A stretch of 64,000 nucleotides of DNA from Strigamia acuminata (GCA_949358305.1 OX442314.1:19282001-19346000), one strand, 5' to 3'; positions 36,459 to 49,270 are shown, counted from the first letter of the stretch. Notes: generated from the sequence alone by a model not told the origin. Numbers and translations are program-made.

Positions 36459-39105
36459 ATGAAACCAACGGTCAATTCCTGTCTTGGACTTATAGTTTTA
36501 TGTTTTCTGAATATTACAACTACTGAACAAAAAGTAAGTAAACATTAAAAAGTAATCAACTATTACTATTTATGCTGTCATTAATTTTAGTTGTAGCTAC
36601 ACTAAATGGGAACATATGTTTTTTACATAGCAATTTGTACGTCCTATTAACCTAAAATGATTAATATTTCCTCGTTCAAGCGAAACTTCTATTATTTTAC
36701 GCAAAATTTGATTTTCTTTAGAAATACCAAAGATGCGTGGAATTTGGTTGGTCAATACAGTTAAATTTAGGCTCCAAATCGAGTTACCTGATGCTAAATT
36801 AGTCATCACATCATCGGATGTCTCGTTTTCCGTTTGCAATTCCACAGCTGTTTGGTGATGACAAGTCAGTCAACTCAAACACAAAACAACAGTATCCAGA
36901 AAATACTGAGAAAAAAAACAGACAAAACATAAAATTACTCGCTATTTCCTAAAATGTACTGACATTTACAACAGAAATAAATTATTCCAGCCCAGTAGTT
37001 ATAACTTTCCAAGTTGCTGTTCATGGAACATGCTGACAATTTAATGAAAATGACCCACCCAAAAGTAAATTACTTTAACCTTGGAATTCTCATCCCACCT
37101 AGCACCTGTATACGTATTCTTATAAACAAGTGTTATCCGTTCTACATAAATCCTTTTATAACACATTAAAAATAGATGATAATGTCTCGAGAAAATTTGA
37201 AACTTAAGATAAAGTCGCGCAGACTCTGCTCTGCCCTTACACCAACCCATAAATTAGCTCATTGATGCCAAGATAGTAGTGTAAATGAGGATGAGACATT
37301 CATTTTGTCCAAAAGGGCTAAAGTAGGTCATTGCTGACTTGTGAATTAGATGGTATAATTTCGTGCTAAATGTATATAACAAATACAATTAAATGCAAAT
37401 TTAAAGTCCTTATTAAATAACATTTGAGGGCCGGTTAAAACTGTTGGTAATTTTATTTATCCATTAAAAAACGAATTGTTTTTCTTCTTGTTTTACAGAG
37501 TCGAGCAAAAACATTCCAATTAACCCAAAGGAGAGAGACATATATTTCCCTAGTCGATTTTTGCCCTCCTGTTACTCATAATTTCACCACTAAAGAATGC
37601 AATAAACCAAGCTGTACTTCCACATGCCCCGGAACGGATGAATTCTGCTGCTTCAATGGATGTGTTCACACCTGTACTCCAATTGAAACATCACACAGAG
37701 GTTAGAGCAATTAAACAAGTTGAGTTTTCTGTTGTTTAAGAGTCTATTATTTACCTTGTAGTAGTTAACTGGACGGATGATCTCAGAAAAATTCCTGGTA
37801 AGTATTTTTTTTAGTCTAGGCCTACACATGATGACTAGCTGTTGAGACATCAACAGTCTAGTTCTTTACAAAGTAAACAAACCGTCTCCTTTTTCGACAG
37901 ACAGTTTATGTTAACTTGGGCATATTGGTGGAGTACATACATAAAATTAGATATAAAATTCCACTTTTTAAAGCGCTTGTCTGGTCGTCAGCTGTCAGTT
38001 CTTTCTTCCCAAGGCAAACGGCTTTGAACTTCACCTTTAACACCAACGAAATAGAATAGATTTTTTTTTCTCCTTCTTTTAAGTGCTGTCTTTTGAACAT
38101 CTAATTTACGGGGCATTGCAAATATAGAATTAAAATTAATTAATGGTATTGTTAATTTAGGTAATAATCCTTAATGATGACTTATTCTTTCACAGTAACT
38201 TTTGAATCTGGTGGCGAGCCGGAAATTGGTAAGGATTGCAAAATTAATTAATCAATTAAACACATTATATAATTTTGGTTTTTAAAAATAAATTAGAATG
38301 TAGTACTACAGCAAAGGACGCCCAACATCTTTGCCCTTCTGGCCATATTTGTCAAATTTTGGACAAAGGAGATCCCTTGAGAGGAATTCCAAACAAGGGC
38401 GTTTGCATTGATTTGCAGAATATGGAAAAAGGTGAAAATCCATTTAGGGCAGGGCTCGAAATGTGAACCATGAAATTGTGCAAAATATTATTCCGGTTTG
38501 GGATTATTTTTTTTTTTTACTCGTAATTTTGTAATTGTACGAATTATAATTTTTAAAAATTTGAAGTGGCGACCCGGTTCGTAAAATTCTCCAATTCGAG
38601 CCATAATTTACGCACTATGTAAATGTCTATAATATAAATCTGCAAGATTTAATTTTTACTTATATAATTTTTTCTTTTTTCATTTTCAGATTCTTTTTTT
38701 CCTTTGTTGGAAGATCCACAAACTGAAGTTAAGTTATCAGCTGACAAAAAGGAAATTGGTCAGTATTTTTTTAAATTAAACGACTCATTAGAGCAATTAT
38801 AATGTCATAAACTATGTTCTTAGTTTACTTGCCCGGTGGGTGTTTTTTGACAGCTGAGCAATACGGGGACATAGAAGAGTTCCTTAAAGGAATGCATTTT
38901 ACCAGCTGGTAATTGGGTTTAATTTTCATTGCATTTTTATTGCATTTTTAACACTATATGATTGTCTTGTTTCCAGTGTTTGTTCAGCTGGATCAGTGGT
39001 TTGTTCAGTACCACAAGTAAAAGGTTAAATGACACTTTTTCATGTTATAACACAGAATTTTAATCCAGATATTTATTTTCAGCAGAAAAAAGACCCAGTG
39101 GATAA
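36459..39105 (+). CDS. WFDC1: Secreted WAP four-disulfide core protein, WFDC1 (ps20)-like
   Basis: Signal-peptide exon 36459-36533; WAP exon 37499-37700 (CPP..C..C..C..CCFNGCVHTC); WFDC1-type second Cys motif ECSTT..LCPSGHICQILDKGD..GIPNKGVC near 38297-38431; stop at 39103-39105. Confidence 0.8.
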
Positions 39106-39439
39106 AACTGAACTGTGATCGTTTTATTTTATTTTTATTTTATTTGATTGTTTTTCATTTAAAACATTTTCTTTTACAAGTAGTATACTAATATTTACAA
39201 CCTGCTATTTCAACTCACTGCCATTTACACTTCACTTTTATAAAGCTTATTTCAGATTTTATATACTTTAGAATAAATTTATTATAGTGGGCAAAATGTA
39301 GCAGCTTTTATTAAAATGAGGTGAACCTGATTAAAACATTTCACCCTGCTCTATATTAATGGATCAAAAAGCCTAGCATCAAAAACAGCCTAAAAAATAG
39401 AAGTTCACCTCAAAAGAGGATGTCCTTAAGCTCATATGT

Positions 39440-39447
39440 ATAAATAA
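39440..39447 (+). promoter_or_regulatory. Putative TATA box of the cuticle protein gene
   Basis: TATAAATA about 50 bp upstream of the ATG at 39493. Confidence 0.45.
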
Positions 39448-39492
39448 AGTAGAAATACTCAATCGTTTCATCACATTTTTCAAGATACCGAA

Positions 39493-40536
39493 ATGAAGAG
39501 TTGTTTGGTAAGTCTCAATTTTCATGTCCAATGTGATAAAACTTAATTTTCGGTTTTATTTTATCAGCTTTTCATTTTGATTTTGGGATATTCATCCGGA
39601 CAAACCTTCATAGATGAATACGAAGATGATTTTGTACAGCCTCAAAAGAATTTCAACAGACCAACCAATGATTACGAAGACGATTACGTTGCAGAAAATC
39701 AGAAGAGATACCAAAAGCCAACTCATGTCAGCCCACATCGAAAGGAAGCGCCGCCACCACCACCATTAATAGTGAAACAAATCAATGAGATGAATCAAGA
39801 TGGGTCTTACACATTTGGTTATCAAAGTGAGGATGGTTCATATCGCGTAGAAACTCGAAACATTGATGGATATACGAGAGGCAAGTACGGATATATTGAT
39901 GCTAAGGGTGAGCTTAAAGAAGTGGAATACTCAGCTGGTTCAACCGGATATATTCCTTCCGGAGACCACATCCAGGTGCCGCCACCAGCACCGCCACCAC
40001 GCCCAGAGGTTGCCAGGCCGAAAGTAAGTCAAGGTGAAACTCGCGGTCGTGCAATCCCGCAAAAGGAAGTTGTTCAAGATTACGATATTGACTATGAGGA
40101 TGATTTGGTCACTATTCAATCTAACATACGTGGGAATTCCAATAAAAATTATGCGAACGATGACCGTCGAAATAATAAAAACAAGTTTAGTCAAAGAGAG
40201 AAAGATGGCAAAATAGAAATAGATAACAAGGCAGCAAATGGAGCGCCAATTTTGGAATTAAGTATTGAGTATCCAAACGCAGGGAAAGTTCCAACTGCAG
40301 GTAGAATTCCGAATGTAGACCGGATTTTAAACACGGGAAGAATTCAAAATGGAAGACATTCAAATGTAAGAATTCCAAACGGAGGAAGAAACTCAAATTT
40401 GAGAAATCAAAGTGGAAGACGACATCCTGATGTCAGAATTGCAGATGGAGGAAGAGATCTAAATGAACGAAGAAATACAGAAAGACGAGGAAAAAATCAA
40501 TTCGTGGGAACATCTAAAAATGTCTTTGATTTTTAA
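39493..40536 (+). CDS. Cuticular protein with Rebers-Riddiford chitin-binding consensus
   Basis: Exon 1 at 39493-39507 (MKSCL) and exon 2 at 39568-40536. Signal peptide, then DGSYTFGY..DG..R.E....G..RGKYGYID..G..V.Y.AG..GY, then an Arg/Asn/Gly-rich tail. Confidence 0.9.
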
Positions 40537-41067
40537 TACAAGTCAAAAAAAGTATCTAGAAAAATAAGTACAAACTATCGCATTGTTGTTATTAAAGTCA
40601 TTAAAGCGACGGTGTTGTGTGTTCCATTGGTTGTTGTTGTTGTTGTCTTGTATAATTAATAAAGTCGAAATATCAGAAACAGAACTTGTTTTTATATACA
40701 AATTCGAGAGAATATTCAAGTGATTGTCTGTCAATAAGATTTATAAACCCCTCGATACTTTTTAATCGAATAAAAATCTATAAAAAAAAAAACAATCATT
40801 AGGTGCATCCAAAGTATGTTTATATGTTTTTTGATGTTTCTATGTGCAGAAACAGAAGTCAAAAATACGCCTACCGGTAAATATGAATGTGTGATTATTT
40901 CTCTTTTGGATTTTAGAAATAAAATATGCTATTAAAATTCTTAGAATTTCTCCAAATAAATGAATTATGGCCCACTTTTTTAAACGCAATTTTGCTCTTT
41001 TTTTGTAATTAATAAACTATTAAAACACTGTACAGCAGTACCAAAAATAAACTGAATTGTCTTTTGG

Positions 41068-41517
41068 ACAAGCGACTAAGGACAGCATTCCCGTCGATCT
41101 CCCATTGGCCCAGAAATCCGACCAACCCCCTCTGGTGGCGTGCTTTTGTGAATGTGCGCTCATACTACGTTCACATTCCACCGGTTTTGAGCGCCAAATC
41201 AATATGGAAATGCAAACTGATAATGATAAGTCATCACACGTTTGGGCGGATGATTTGGGTGGTTTTTCGGGGGCGTTTGTATGGTTTTTCGCGAGGAAAA
41301 GTGCGATCCGGCACTTGTGTATGACAGAAGCGACTAAGGACATCATTCCTGTCGCTCTCCCATTGGTTAAGGTTAGGTTAGATTAGGTTAGGGTAAAAAG
41401 AAAATGTATTAATGTAATAATTGTATCTGGGCCAACACAGCCACCAGAGTGTGCCGACAACAATCGGATATATCGGCCAATGGGAGAGCAACAGGAATGC
41501 TGTCCTTAGTCGCCTGT
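41068..41517. mobile_element. Mutator-like MITE
   Basis: 9-bp TSD GTCTTTTGG at 41059-41067 and 41518-41526. TIRs ACA.GCGACTAAGGACAGCATTCC, an internal TIR copy near 41329, and a TTAGG run at 41365-41393. Confidence 0.9.
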
Positions 41518-41700
41518 GTCTTTTGGAGAGCATGTCCCTTCTAGTACAAGCTTACGCCACTAGGTGAGTGTTCTGGAAACCTAAATGCATCAATCTACCA
41601 GCTAGAGTTGTTGTAAGATGCTGCATTCGACTTCAGTTAATTTTTTTTGGAGACTATGTTAAAGCAATTTGCCTATTTGTAATAAACTGATTTACATGTA

Positions 41701-42306
41701 CAGGGTGGGCCAAAAGACACGAACTGGTGTGAAGTCTTAATAACCTTTTTAATTTAAATTAATTTAAATTTTTCTTTAACTATTTTGGAGATTAATCGTG
41801 GAAAAATTCTCAACCGAACAAAGAACACAAATTGTTAATTTTTACTAATAAACGTATAATCATTGATACACTGGTTGGGTCAGAATTGACCCTCACTTTT
41901 GATAGTAAAATTCCCAATTTTTGTTCGCTGTTTGGTCTTGAATTTTTCCATGATTAATCTCCTGTGTCTTCTTCACAAAATGGTTTTAAAAAAATTTATT
42001 TTAAAAAAAGGTATTAAGACTTGTAATGAACCGGCTTTATATGATGGGGTAAACGCGTTTGAAGGAGTACGGCACGAGGATCACGTGAATCACACCAGGA
42101 CAGACCAAAGGATAAACTGAGACAAAAACAACAGAAACAAATGAGAAATTCAGGTAGGTTTAATGGGAATTAGGTTTATTAACAAATGATTTTAACAATA
42201 GGAACAAATGAACGGGAGAATGCGTACAAAACAATAGAAAAGTAAGAGCACGTAATGCCGGATCGTGACAGACTTCAACCCGGTTCATGACTTTTGGCCC
42301 ACCCTG
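41701..42306. mobile_element. Tc1/mariner-type MITE
   Basis: TA|CAGGGTGGGCCAAAAG...CTTTTGGCCCACCCTG|TA. Confidence 0.9.
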
Positions 42307-42604
42307 TACAATGTGAGGCAACAGTGATAATAAAACTTATACTACGTTTACATGCATGGAATATTTCGAGTGAGGCAAAATATTCCGTGTGCACAACTGG
42401 CATGTAAACAGGATTATTCGGATTGTTTGAAGATTATTCGAGTAGTGAATAATCCCTCGAATTATTTTTATTGCGCATGCGCGCATTGCTTCCGGCACTT
42501 CCCCATTGGTCGAAAACTGAAAATGATTACGAATTATTTTCTGCATGTAAATGCAACAATTGGATTATCTCAACACTCGAATTATTCGGTGCATGTTAAA
42601 CTTA

Positions 42605-45300
42605 CAAGGAGAGGGCAGGAGTGTGTCCCTCACAATTGTTTAATTTTTGTCAAAATAAAGTATTGTTATTATCTAAACAGTCAATACTTTCATTATTTAA
42701 ATGCAACGCTCTTTCACATTGTACAAACAGTCAAAACACACAGGATTCTTTACTGTGTGTAGAATCATCCTTTTATCACTTTTTTGAGTAAAAAGGTCAA
42801 GTGTAGCACTACACTTGATGATTAGCCTGTTCAAACCTTACTCTGGAACCCAGGTAATTTGATATCTCATGACATATGACATCACAGCTTTGTTCACCAA
42901 CATGACTGACTGCATGAAGGCAAGAATAGTGTGTTGTGATGGTCCAGTGGTTAAGGTAATAGACAAGATCCGCGATACTGCAGCGCCATCTGCTGAGCGA
43001 ACTTAATACTGTCGCATAGTGACAGAAGGTCGCGTCGTGAGCTTATTTACTATGGCAGTTTCGCGTGTTTCGTGCGCTGTTCAGCTGTGTTTTAGTAATG
43101 GTAGAAAACGGCCGATTGGGGTAACTTGGCATGCTTTTCCAAGTGTTACAGCTATGAGAAAAGAATAGAATGTAAAAATCAGATGTCATTTTGGTCCTAA
43201 ATTTAAATGAGGAACAGCAAACGAAGTTGAAGTTTTGTGTGGAGTGTTAGAGGTTTTGTTTAAAAATTCATTTTCTTTGCATAAACATTCATGTTTTTAG
43301 CGTAAAAATTCATTTTTAGCAAGAAGATTCATTTTTTAACATAAAAATTGACTTTTTTAACGTAAAAATACTTTTTTTTAACCTAAACATCCATTTTTTA
43401 ATTATAACAATGTACTGTCATGGACAAAAAAAATTCTCTTATGTTTAGCTGTTTTAAGTTTATCTATCATTATTTGCCGGTCTATCGTTTAATACTGTTG
43501 TTAGGGCAAGACTGAGGCAATAAGACACATCAGTTTGATGATTTAACATAACTTTTTGGCACTCTTTAATTCTCCGTCACTCCTCATCGGCACCACTACA
43601 ATCAACACACTACAATAGTCACGGCAACCAAAAACATAACAACGGTTGCCACGAATAAAGGTAACAATAGTAACACAAATAATAATATCATTTCTTAAAC
43701 GCACTTAACCTCAAAGACAGAATTCGGTTCAAAATTGATATCAATTTTGAACCGATCTCTGACATATGTCATTGAATCTCAATGGATTTTTATGTCACCT
43801 TGTAAATAAAATTAAAACGGCTAAACTGAAGGGAAGTTTTTATTGTCCACGACTGTACTATTTTGTATAAAAATTCATTTGTGCATCAAATTTGCTTTTT
43901 TCAGTAAAAAAACTCCATATTTTCGCCTAAAAAGTTTAAAATACGAAATAAATTAATCTCTTTTTTTTTTGGTGAAAAATTTGCTTTTTTAACCCATAAA
44001 AACATATTTTTTCCATCTAAAATTGCTCCAATGACCTGCGATTGCTGCAAATTTCTGCAAAAAAACAGAGATCAAGTTTCAGCGCTAAAGTTGAATCTAT
44101 GCAATCAAATTATACAACTGATTCAACCACTACTACACCTCAATTCATAGCAAATTATTTTTATGATCCTGATATACGGAATATATATACACACACACAT
44201 AATAACAGCGTAAAACCATGTCAGTACATTTATTTTAACAAAAATAAGCATAAATTTCAATCAAACTTTACGCAGTAAAAAAAAAAAATTATAATCAAAA
44301 TCACACAAAACTAATACTAAACTTATCTCCCAAATCCCTCTCTATATACATCGCTCTTCGAGATTGTAACTTGTGTTCGTTTCTTTCAACGTCCTCTTTT
44401 TGTTCGGATTCTGCGCTGTCTTCTTAATCTTAACTTTCTTCACCCCGAAACTCGGCCTCGGCGGGTAGTATTTCGGCTTTAGGCGGCAACGGCGGCGGAA
44501 TGTTGGGCGGTGTCGGCAATTGGAGTCGAAGGGTTGGCGTGAAATTTGCTTTCTCGACGTACAGAGACGTGTCGTTGACGTTTGAAAGCGGCGAAATATT
44601 AGACGGCGTCAATGAATCGTCCTTGTTATCCGTCTTTTCACAGAAGTTCGATGGGAGCGGCAGATTCTGTGTTGGGATCGGGAAATGTTCGTTCCGGGTT
44701 AGCCATCTATGACTACTTGCAGTGCTGGAAATTTTTGCTTTTATTTTTTATTTATTTTTAGCAGTAAAGTTAATGTTTGTTATTTTATATTTGTTTTAAA
44801 AAAAATTTAATTTTATTAATTTTAATTTTTTAACAAATATAAAATAACAAACATTAACTTTACTGCTAAAAATACATAAAAAATAAAAGCAAAAATTTTC
44901 AGAGACAACAAGATTTGAACCTGCATGGAAAGATTCCTGATCCATTACCTTAACCACTGGACCATCACAACACACTATTCTTGCCTTCATGCAGTCAGTC
45001 ATGTTGGTGAACAAAGCTGTGATGTCATATGTCATGAGATATCAAATTACCTGGGTTCCAGAGTAAGGTTTGAACAGGCTAATCACCAAGTGTAGTGCTA
45101 CACTTGTTCTTTTACTCAAAAAAGTGATAAAAGGATGATTCTACACACAGTAAAGAATCCTGTGTGTTTTGACTGTTTGTAACAATGTGAAAGAGCAGTT
45201 GCATTTAAATAATGAAAGTATTGACTGTTTAGATAATAACAATACTTTATTTTGACAAAAATTAAACAATTGTGAGGGACACAATCCTGCCCTCTCCTTG
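42605..45300. mobile_element. Foldback element with TTA TSD, left arm interrupted by about 1.75 kb of other sequence
   Basis: 42605-42968 is the reverse complement of about 44935-45300 (CAAGGAGAGGGCAGGA...TCCTGCCCTCTCCTTG), with TTA on both flanks. The inner palindrome resumes near 44729. Confidence 0.85.
43052..43210 (+). pseudogene. THAP zinc-finger-like fragment
   Basis: Translates as MAVSRVSCAVQLCFSNGRKRPIGVTWHAFPSVTAMRKE*NVKIR, matching THAP C-x4-C, H.FP and R..W with the Trp codon mutated to TAG. Confidence 0.6.
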
Positions 45301-45839
45301 TTAGTAATAGTAACTTTACACAGAGTTTAAAAATTATTACTTTTTCATTATTTTCTAATAATGCACAGCAAGTGTTTTCAACAAGTGATGTCAGCAGACA
45401 AAGAAAGATTTGTATGCTTATTACAATTAAACAAAAACTAATATCAGATAATCTATAAAGCCTGCTTCACGAAAGCAAAAGGCAAGCTACAAAATGAATA
45501 ACATTTTTTTTTATCAACACACGAATCTACTGATCTAGTCTACACTTTCACAATCGTAGCTCGCGGTTGTGAATCGTGTCTGTGTACACTCAAACGTAAG
45601 TATTATTATTTGATGGATGAAAATAACTAAGCGAAAAATTCTGAATTTAACACGTCTTTCCACTCGACACATTAAAATAAAATTAATTTCGGAATTATTC
45701 GCTCAGTTATTTTGTGTAACCTAGCGGAAATCCGTTACTGGACATTTTGACGCAACAATAACCTTTTTAGCAAAGTGTATCACATTTATAACAATTTTTT
45801 TTTCATCTGATCACAGATTTCTTGCATTTTCAAAATAAG

Positions 45840-47090
45840 ATGAGTTTCCAAACCATATGGCGTCATGTGCGAGAAACTTTATTTCCGCTATTTATCATGA
45901 CCCTTGGCCCAATTGGTGTCCATTCACTTGCTAGATTCGGACATTTGCATGAAGTAAACATGACTTGGAAGGAAATAATGTTTGGCAACACGACAAGTTG
46001 GAAGATTGTGATAGTTATGATATTTTGGGCATTTCTCTTCTTAAAAATCCCTTCTAAACAACACATCGGTCCAACAGCTCAATTCGGATTCACACAACAC
46101 TATCAAGACAATGGTCGTCTGTATTATGCGGTAACAACACTACTATTTATCGTGACTTGTTACACATATCCTTCATTACCCCAAATTATTTACTTCAATA
46201 TTCTCCATCTGTTTTCAACGTTAAATATTGCAGCATTAACTTTATGCACCGTCCTATGGTTTAAAGGGAAATATTGGCCATCACATGTAACAGAAGAACG
46301 GGAACCAGCTGGATTTATTTTTGAACTTTACAGCGGACTAGAACAACATCCAAGAATCTTCGATGTCGATGTTAAGCAATTTGTGAACTGTCGATTTGCA
46401 ATGATGCTTTGGCAGTTGTTAGTCTTAAGTTATTGGGCTGTTGCTTATGATTACTATGGTTTTAATTGGGGGGTTACGGTTATTGGCATATTGCAAACGT
46501 TTTACATTATCAAGTTTTATTATATCGAACACTTATATTTTTATAGTTTAGATGTGATTTTAGATTACGAGGGTTTTTATATGATTTGGGGATGTTTGGT
46601 ATTCATTCCTGGTATCTTTGGGTTTACAATGTACTATTTTGTAGCAAACCCTCCAATTATTGGTAAATGGATGGCTTTGACATTAATAATTTTGGGGATA
46701 ATTAGTGTCACACTTACTTGTTTAATCGATTACGAAAAAGATGTATTTAAAATGTCAAACGGAAAACGAACTTTATGGAGTAAAAATCCAAAATTTGTAC
46801 TAGCTGAATACGAAATGAACGGCCAAAAAAAGACGACCAGGTTATTAACTTCAGGTTTTTGGGGCATTTCTCGTCATTTGAATTATCTTTTTGAATATAT
46901 TTGTTATCTTGCGTGGAGTTTGCCCGGATATAATTTAGGAATTCTGCCGTTTATGGTTCCTATCTTTCTTAGCGCTTTCTTTACTCATCGCACATTTCGA
47001 GATGACGATAAATGTAAAAAGAAGTATGGTGTAGCTTGGGAGCAGTATTGTAAAATAGTAAAGTATAAAATGATACCTTTTATCTATTAA
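45840..47090 (+). CDS. Sterol reductase (ERG4/ERG24 family), 7-dehydrocholesterol reductase-like, intronless CDS
   Basis: Multi-TM ORF with G.E.HPRI..DVK.F.NCRF.MM.W, GFY..WGCLV..P, LL.SG.WG.SRH.NY and HR..RDD.KC..KYG..W..YC..V.Y. Likely ATG at 45840; AATAAA near 47133; probable 5'-UTR intron at 45596-45816. Confidence 0.9.
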   Translation: MSFQTIWRHVRETLFPLFIMTLGPIGVHSLARFGHLHEVNMTWKEIMFGNTTSWKIVIVMIFWAFLFLKIPSKQHIGPTAQFGFTQHYQDNGRLYYAVTTLLFIVTCYTYPSLPQIIYFNILHLFSTLNIAALTLCTVLWFKGKYWPSHVTEEREPAGFIFELYSGLEQHPRIFDVDVKQFVNCRFAMMLWQLLVLSYWAVAYDYYGFNWGVTVIGILQTFYIIKFYYIEHLYFYSLDVILDYEGFYMIWGCLVFIPGIFGFTMYYFVANPPIIGKWMALTLIILGIISVTLTCLIDYEKDVFKMSNGKRTLWSKNPKFVLAEYEMNGQKKTTRLLTSGFWGISRHLNYLFEYICYLAWSLPGYNLGILPFMVPIFLSAFFTHRTFRDDDKCKKKYGVAWEQYCKIVKYKMIPFIY

Positions 47091-47657
47091 ATCACTAAAT
47101 CACATGTTATTAAATTATTTAATCTATAATTAAATAAATAATGTCATAGTGTTTCGGGAAAACTTTGTATAAACCTAAAATCTAATCGAGATATAAAATT
47201 ACATAAGACATACAATTACATAAGACTCACAACTTTGAAGATTCAACAACGATTTTATCAATTACTGCACTCAAAAAACAGCTTGAATTACTAAACAATG
47301 TTCGTGGTATCAACAAATGTTGCATCAGCAAATGCAAAACAGAAATTAAGCAAGAAAAGAAAGATGTTCAAGAATGAAAAATTGCTACAAACAAACAGAT
47401 TGTATTTTTGTTGTAAAAATAGCAACATTTCGTTTAATACTCCCATTTTATCTTAATCTTGGATTTAATCTGAAAATATAAACATCCAATCTGTGCCTTT
47501 TAGTGTGCATCATTTTTAGTTTATGATTATTTGTGCAGACTTAGTGAGAAAAGTGTATGTGAATACAGGGGAGTGAATTTTTTCCGTCAGCTACTCCAAT
47601 ATACCCATTACTTCTACTAAAAATTTCAATATTTTAACATTTAAGGAAGCGTAATTG

Positions 47658-47942
47658 CCGTTCTGCCTCAAATAAACGCCCGGGCGTTTATTAATTTTCC
47701 CGACCTGCACGGTGCTTATTCAGGCCGGGCGGAAGTTCAAAAAATCGCCAATTTTTTCAAAAAATGGTGATTTTCTCGTAAAAATTACTGATTTATTCGA
47801 AAAATCTTCGGAAAAATCGGCGATTTTTGGAGACCTGGTGTTTAATTTGAGCCGGCGCTGATTGAATAAATCACGGCTAATCCCCGGCGCTTAAACGGGC
47901 CCGGCTCCTATTGGAACCCGGCGTTAAGTCGAGGCAGCACGG
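47658..47942. mobile_element. pogo/Tigger-type MITE
   Basis: Imperfect TIRs CCGTTCTGCCTC.A.T.AACGCC / GGCGTTAAGTCGAGGCAGCACGG|TA. Confidence 0.7.
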
Positions 47943-48589
47943 TACAACCATTTTTCGACAAATAGTCAAAATTTCATGCAGAATGGGTATCTGGGCAAAA
48001 TGAAAAACAAGCTCAAAATTACAGATTTTTGCATGATAAAAATTATGATTTTTTTTCTTTTTTTACCACTTGATTGGCACACTTTTAAAGGTCACCCATA
48101 GGAAGAGAAATAAAAAATTTCTCTGATCTCTTTAAAATAACCTAAAAAATGTTATGTAACATTTTTAACTGTTCAACATATGGGATATTGTTTAAAAGTA
48201 GTGTTAAACTTCGAACCGACCAATAATTGTTCCGCCATTACAATTTTTGAAAGTTTATAAATAGTGTTACTAGGTGGCGTTATTTATACGTCAACGACGA
48301 CAAACAAGCATGTAAATTCAAGCGCCGATTCGCAATTTCATCAAGTTTTTATGTGATAGTGAGGAAGATGTTGATTTGTATGTTTTAAGGTGCATCCAAT
48401 AATGATAGGTCCACCCCTGCATTGTTACATATAATAACTTCTGTGATTGTTACAAAAAGGACAATTTATTTCTGATATTATTACAACAAAATAATGCTAT
48501 TCCTATATTTCCAATGTATTTAAACAATAAATAAATAAATAAATTCAAAAAAGCACATTTTTTCAGTCCAGAAATGATAGATCCAGTTG

Positions 48590-49270
48590 TTTTAGTATCC
48601 AATAAACTTGCCTTTTTGGCATTGACTTTATAAACTTTCTAAATACATTTAGACCAATTTCACTTCATTTGGTAATGATGGCAGTCTTTAATTCTTCAAT
48701 GTTGCCATATTGCTTCCCTCCTGCGTCCACAGCACGTGCAAGCAACCCCCAAACATTTTCAATGGGGTTTAAATCTGGAGAATAAGGTGGCCAGTCCATA
48801 ACCTGAACCCCATTATCCAAAAACCACTTCCAGGTGGACTTTGCCGTATGCACTGGAACTCCCCGAATGCTTCTCCAGTTGCTTCACCAAATGGCACAAG
48901 ATGTGTATCCAGCACTTGTTGATACTTAATTGCGTTCATCCTGCCATCTAGAAACACAATACCAGTGGATCCATTATATCCAAAGGTAGCCCAGACCATC
49001 ACTGAACCACCACCAATCTGTCGATTGGAATAGACTCCCTTATCCTTACGAATATCATGCCAGTAGCACTGACAACCATAGGGTCCATCCAAGTTGAATT
49101 TCTTCTCGTCACTCCACACAACATTGTGCCATTTGTCAGTCCAGGACATGTGTTCCTGAGCCCACTGCACTCGTTTCTTTATGGCAAATTTTTAGTGATG
49201 GTTGGGCCTTGCATTTGGTGTCCTTGAGTGAGCTCTTTTGTTTCAATATGCTGCTCAAGGTGGATTTAGA
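48590..49270 (-). pseudogene. Degenerate Tc1/Tc3-type transposase
   Basis: WSDEKKFNLDG, GGGSVMVW and WPPYSPDLNPIENVWG lie in two frames; the QDNA motif is deleted at the frameshift. Confidence 0.9.

Noticed and set aside
45840..47090. Bacterial contamination as the source of the sterol reductase
   Set aside because: Host-like AT content, a probable spliceosomal UTR intron, a polyadenylation signal and flanking host MITEs argue for integration.
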